From the NCBI RefSeq assembly GCF_006345805.1, contig NW_021828856.1:1-7522 (forward strand): 7,522 nt of DNA. Reading direction: 5' to 3'. Source of the DNA: Octopus sinensis. Taxonomy: Eukaryota. A program made the position numbers and the translations under genes. Shown here piece by piece: positions 7,266-7,522 of the stretch (position 1 is the stretch's first letter; every line of letters begins with the position of its first letter). A model generated the notes under the pieces. The model worked only from the letters and a program-made list of their open reading frames with translations. It did no database searches and had not been told where the DNA came from.

Positions 7266-7522
7266 CTGAGTTAAATGAAAACACAAGATATATAAGGAAG
7301 CTGGAGTATTGATACAAGAATTAAAATCTAGTTTCTGTAGTATTTGGTGAATAGCAATATTAAATAAAAAAGGAGAATTCATATATTATCGAATAAGCTC
7401 CAATGGAACATACATTTGCATCATTAAAAACATGACTATGTTTAAGTTTATCGTATTCATTATAGATATTTCATATTTTCGTAAAGGATTCTTACATTTA
7501 GTTTGAAACAGTGCAGTTTCTA

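Noticed and set aside
1-7522. CRISPR array, prokaryotic operon or defence system
   Set aside because: No regularly spaced repeat-spacer structure and no gene-dense organisation; the sequence is eukaryotic repeat-rich DNA.

Overview
AT-rich, microsatellite-dense eukaryotic non-coding DNA, most likely intronic or intergenic sequence from an Octopus species. The taxon is inferred from recalled octopus SINE families, not from a database search. None of the supplied ORFs looks like a real gene. The window is a patchwork of transposon remnants separated by (TA)n/(CA)n/(TACA)n arrays: tRNA-derived SINEs of three families, decayed RTE and CR1-like LINE fragments, and a partial mariner-type MITE. The most interesting signals are: (1) a minimal type I hammerhead ribozyme motif on the minus strand at ~905-978, with an intact catalytic core and the palindromic loop III typical of Penelope-like elements; (2) an RTE reverse-transcriptase fragment whose 5' part is inverted almost to the base (twin-priming-like); (3) a near-identical inverted SINE pair that could form an ADAR substrate; (4) a candidate 97-nt minus-strand exon of an unidentified host gene at 7169-7265. 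I cannot support a wholly new biological system. The hammerhead-bearing repeat is the best lead.
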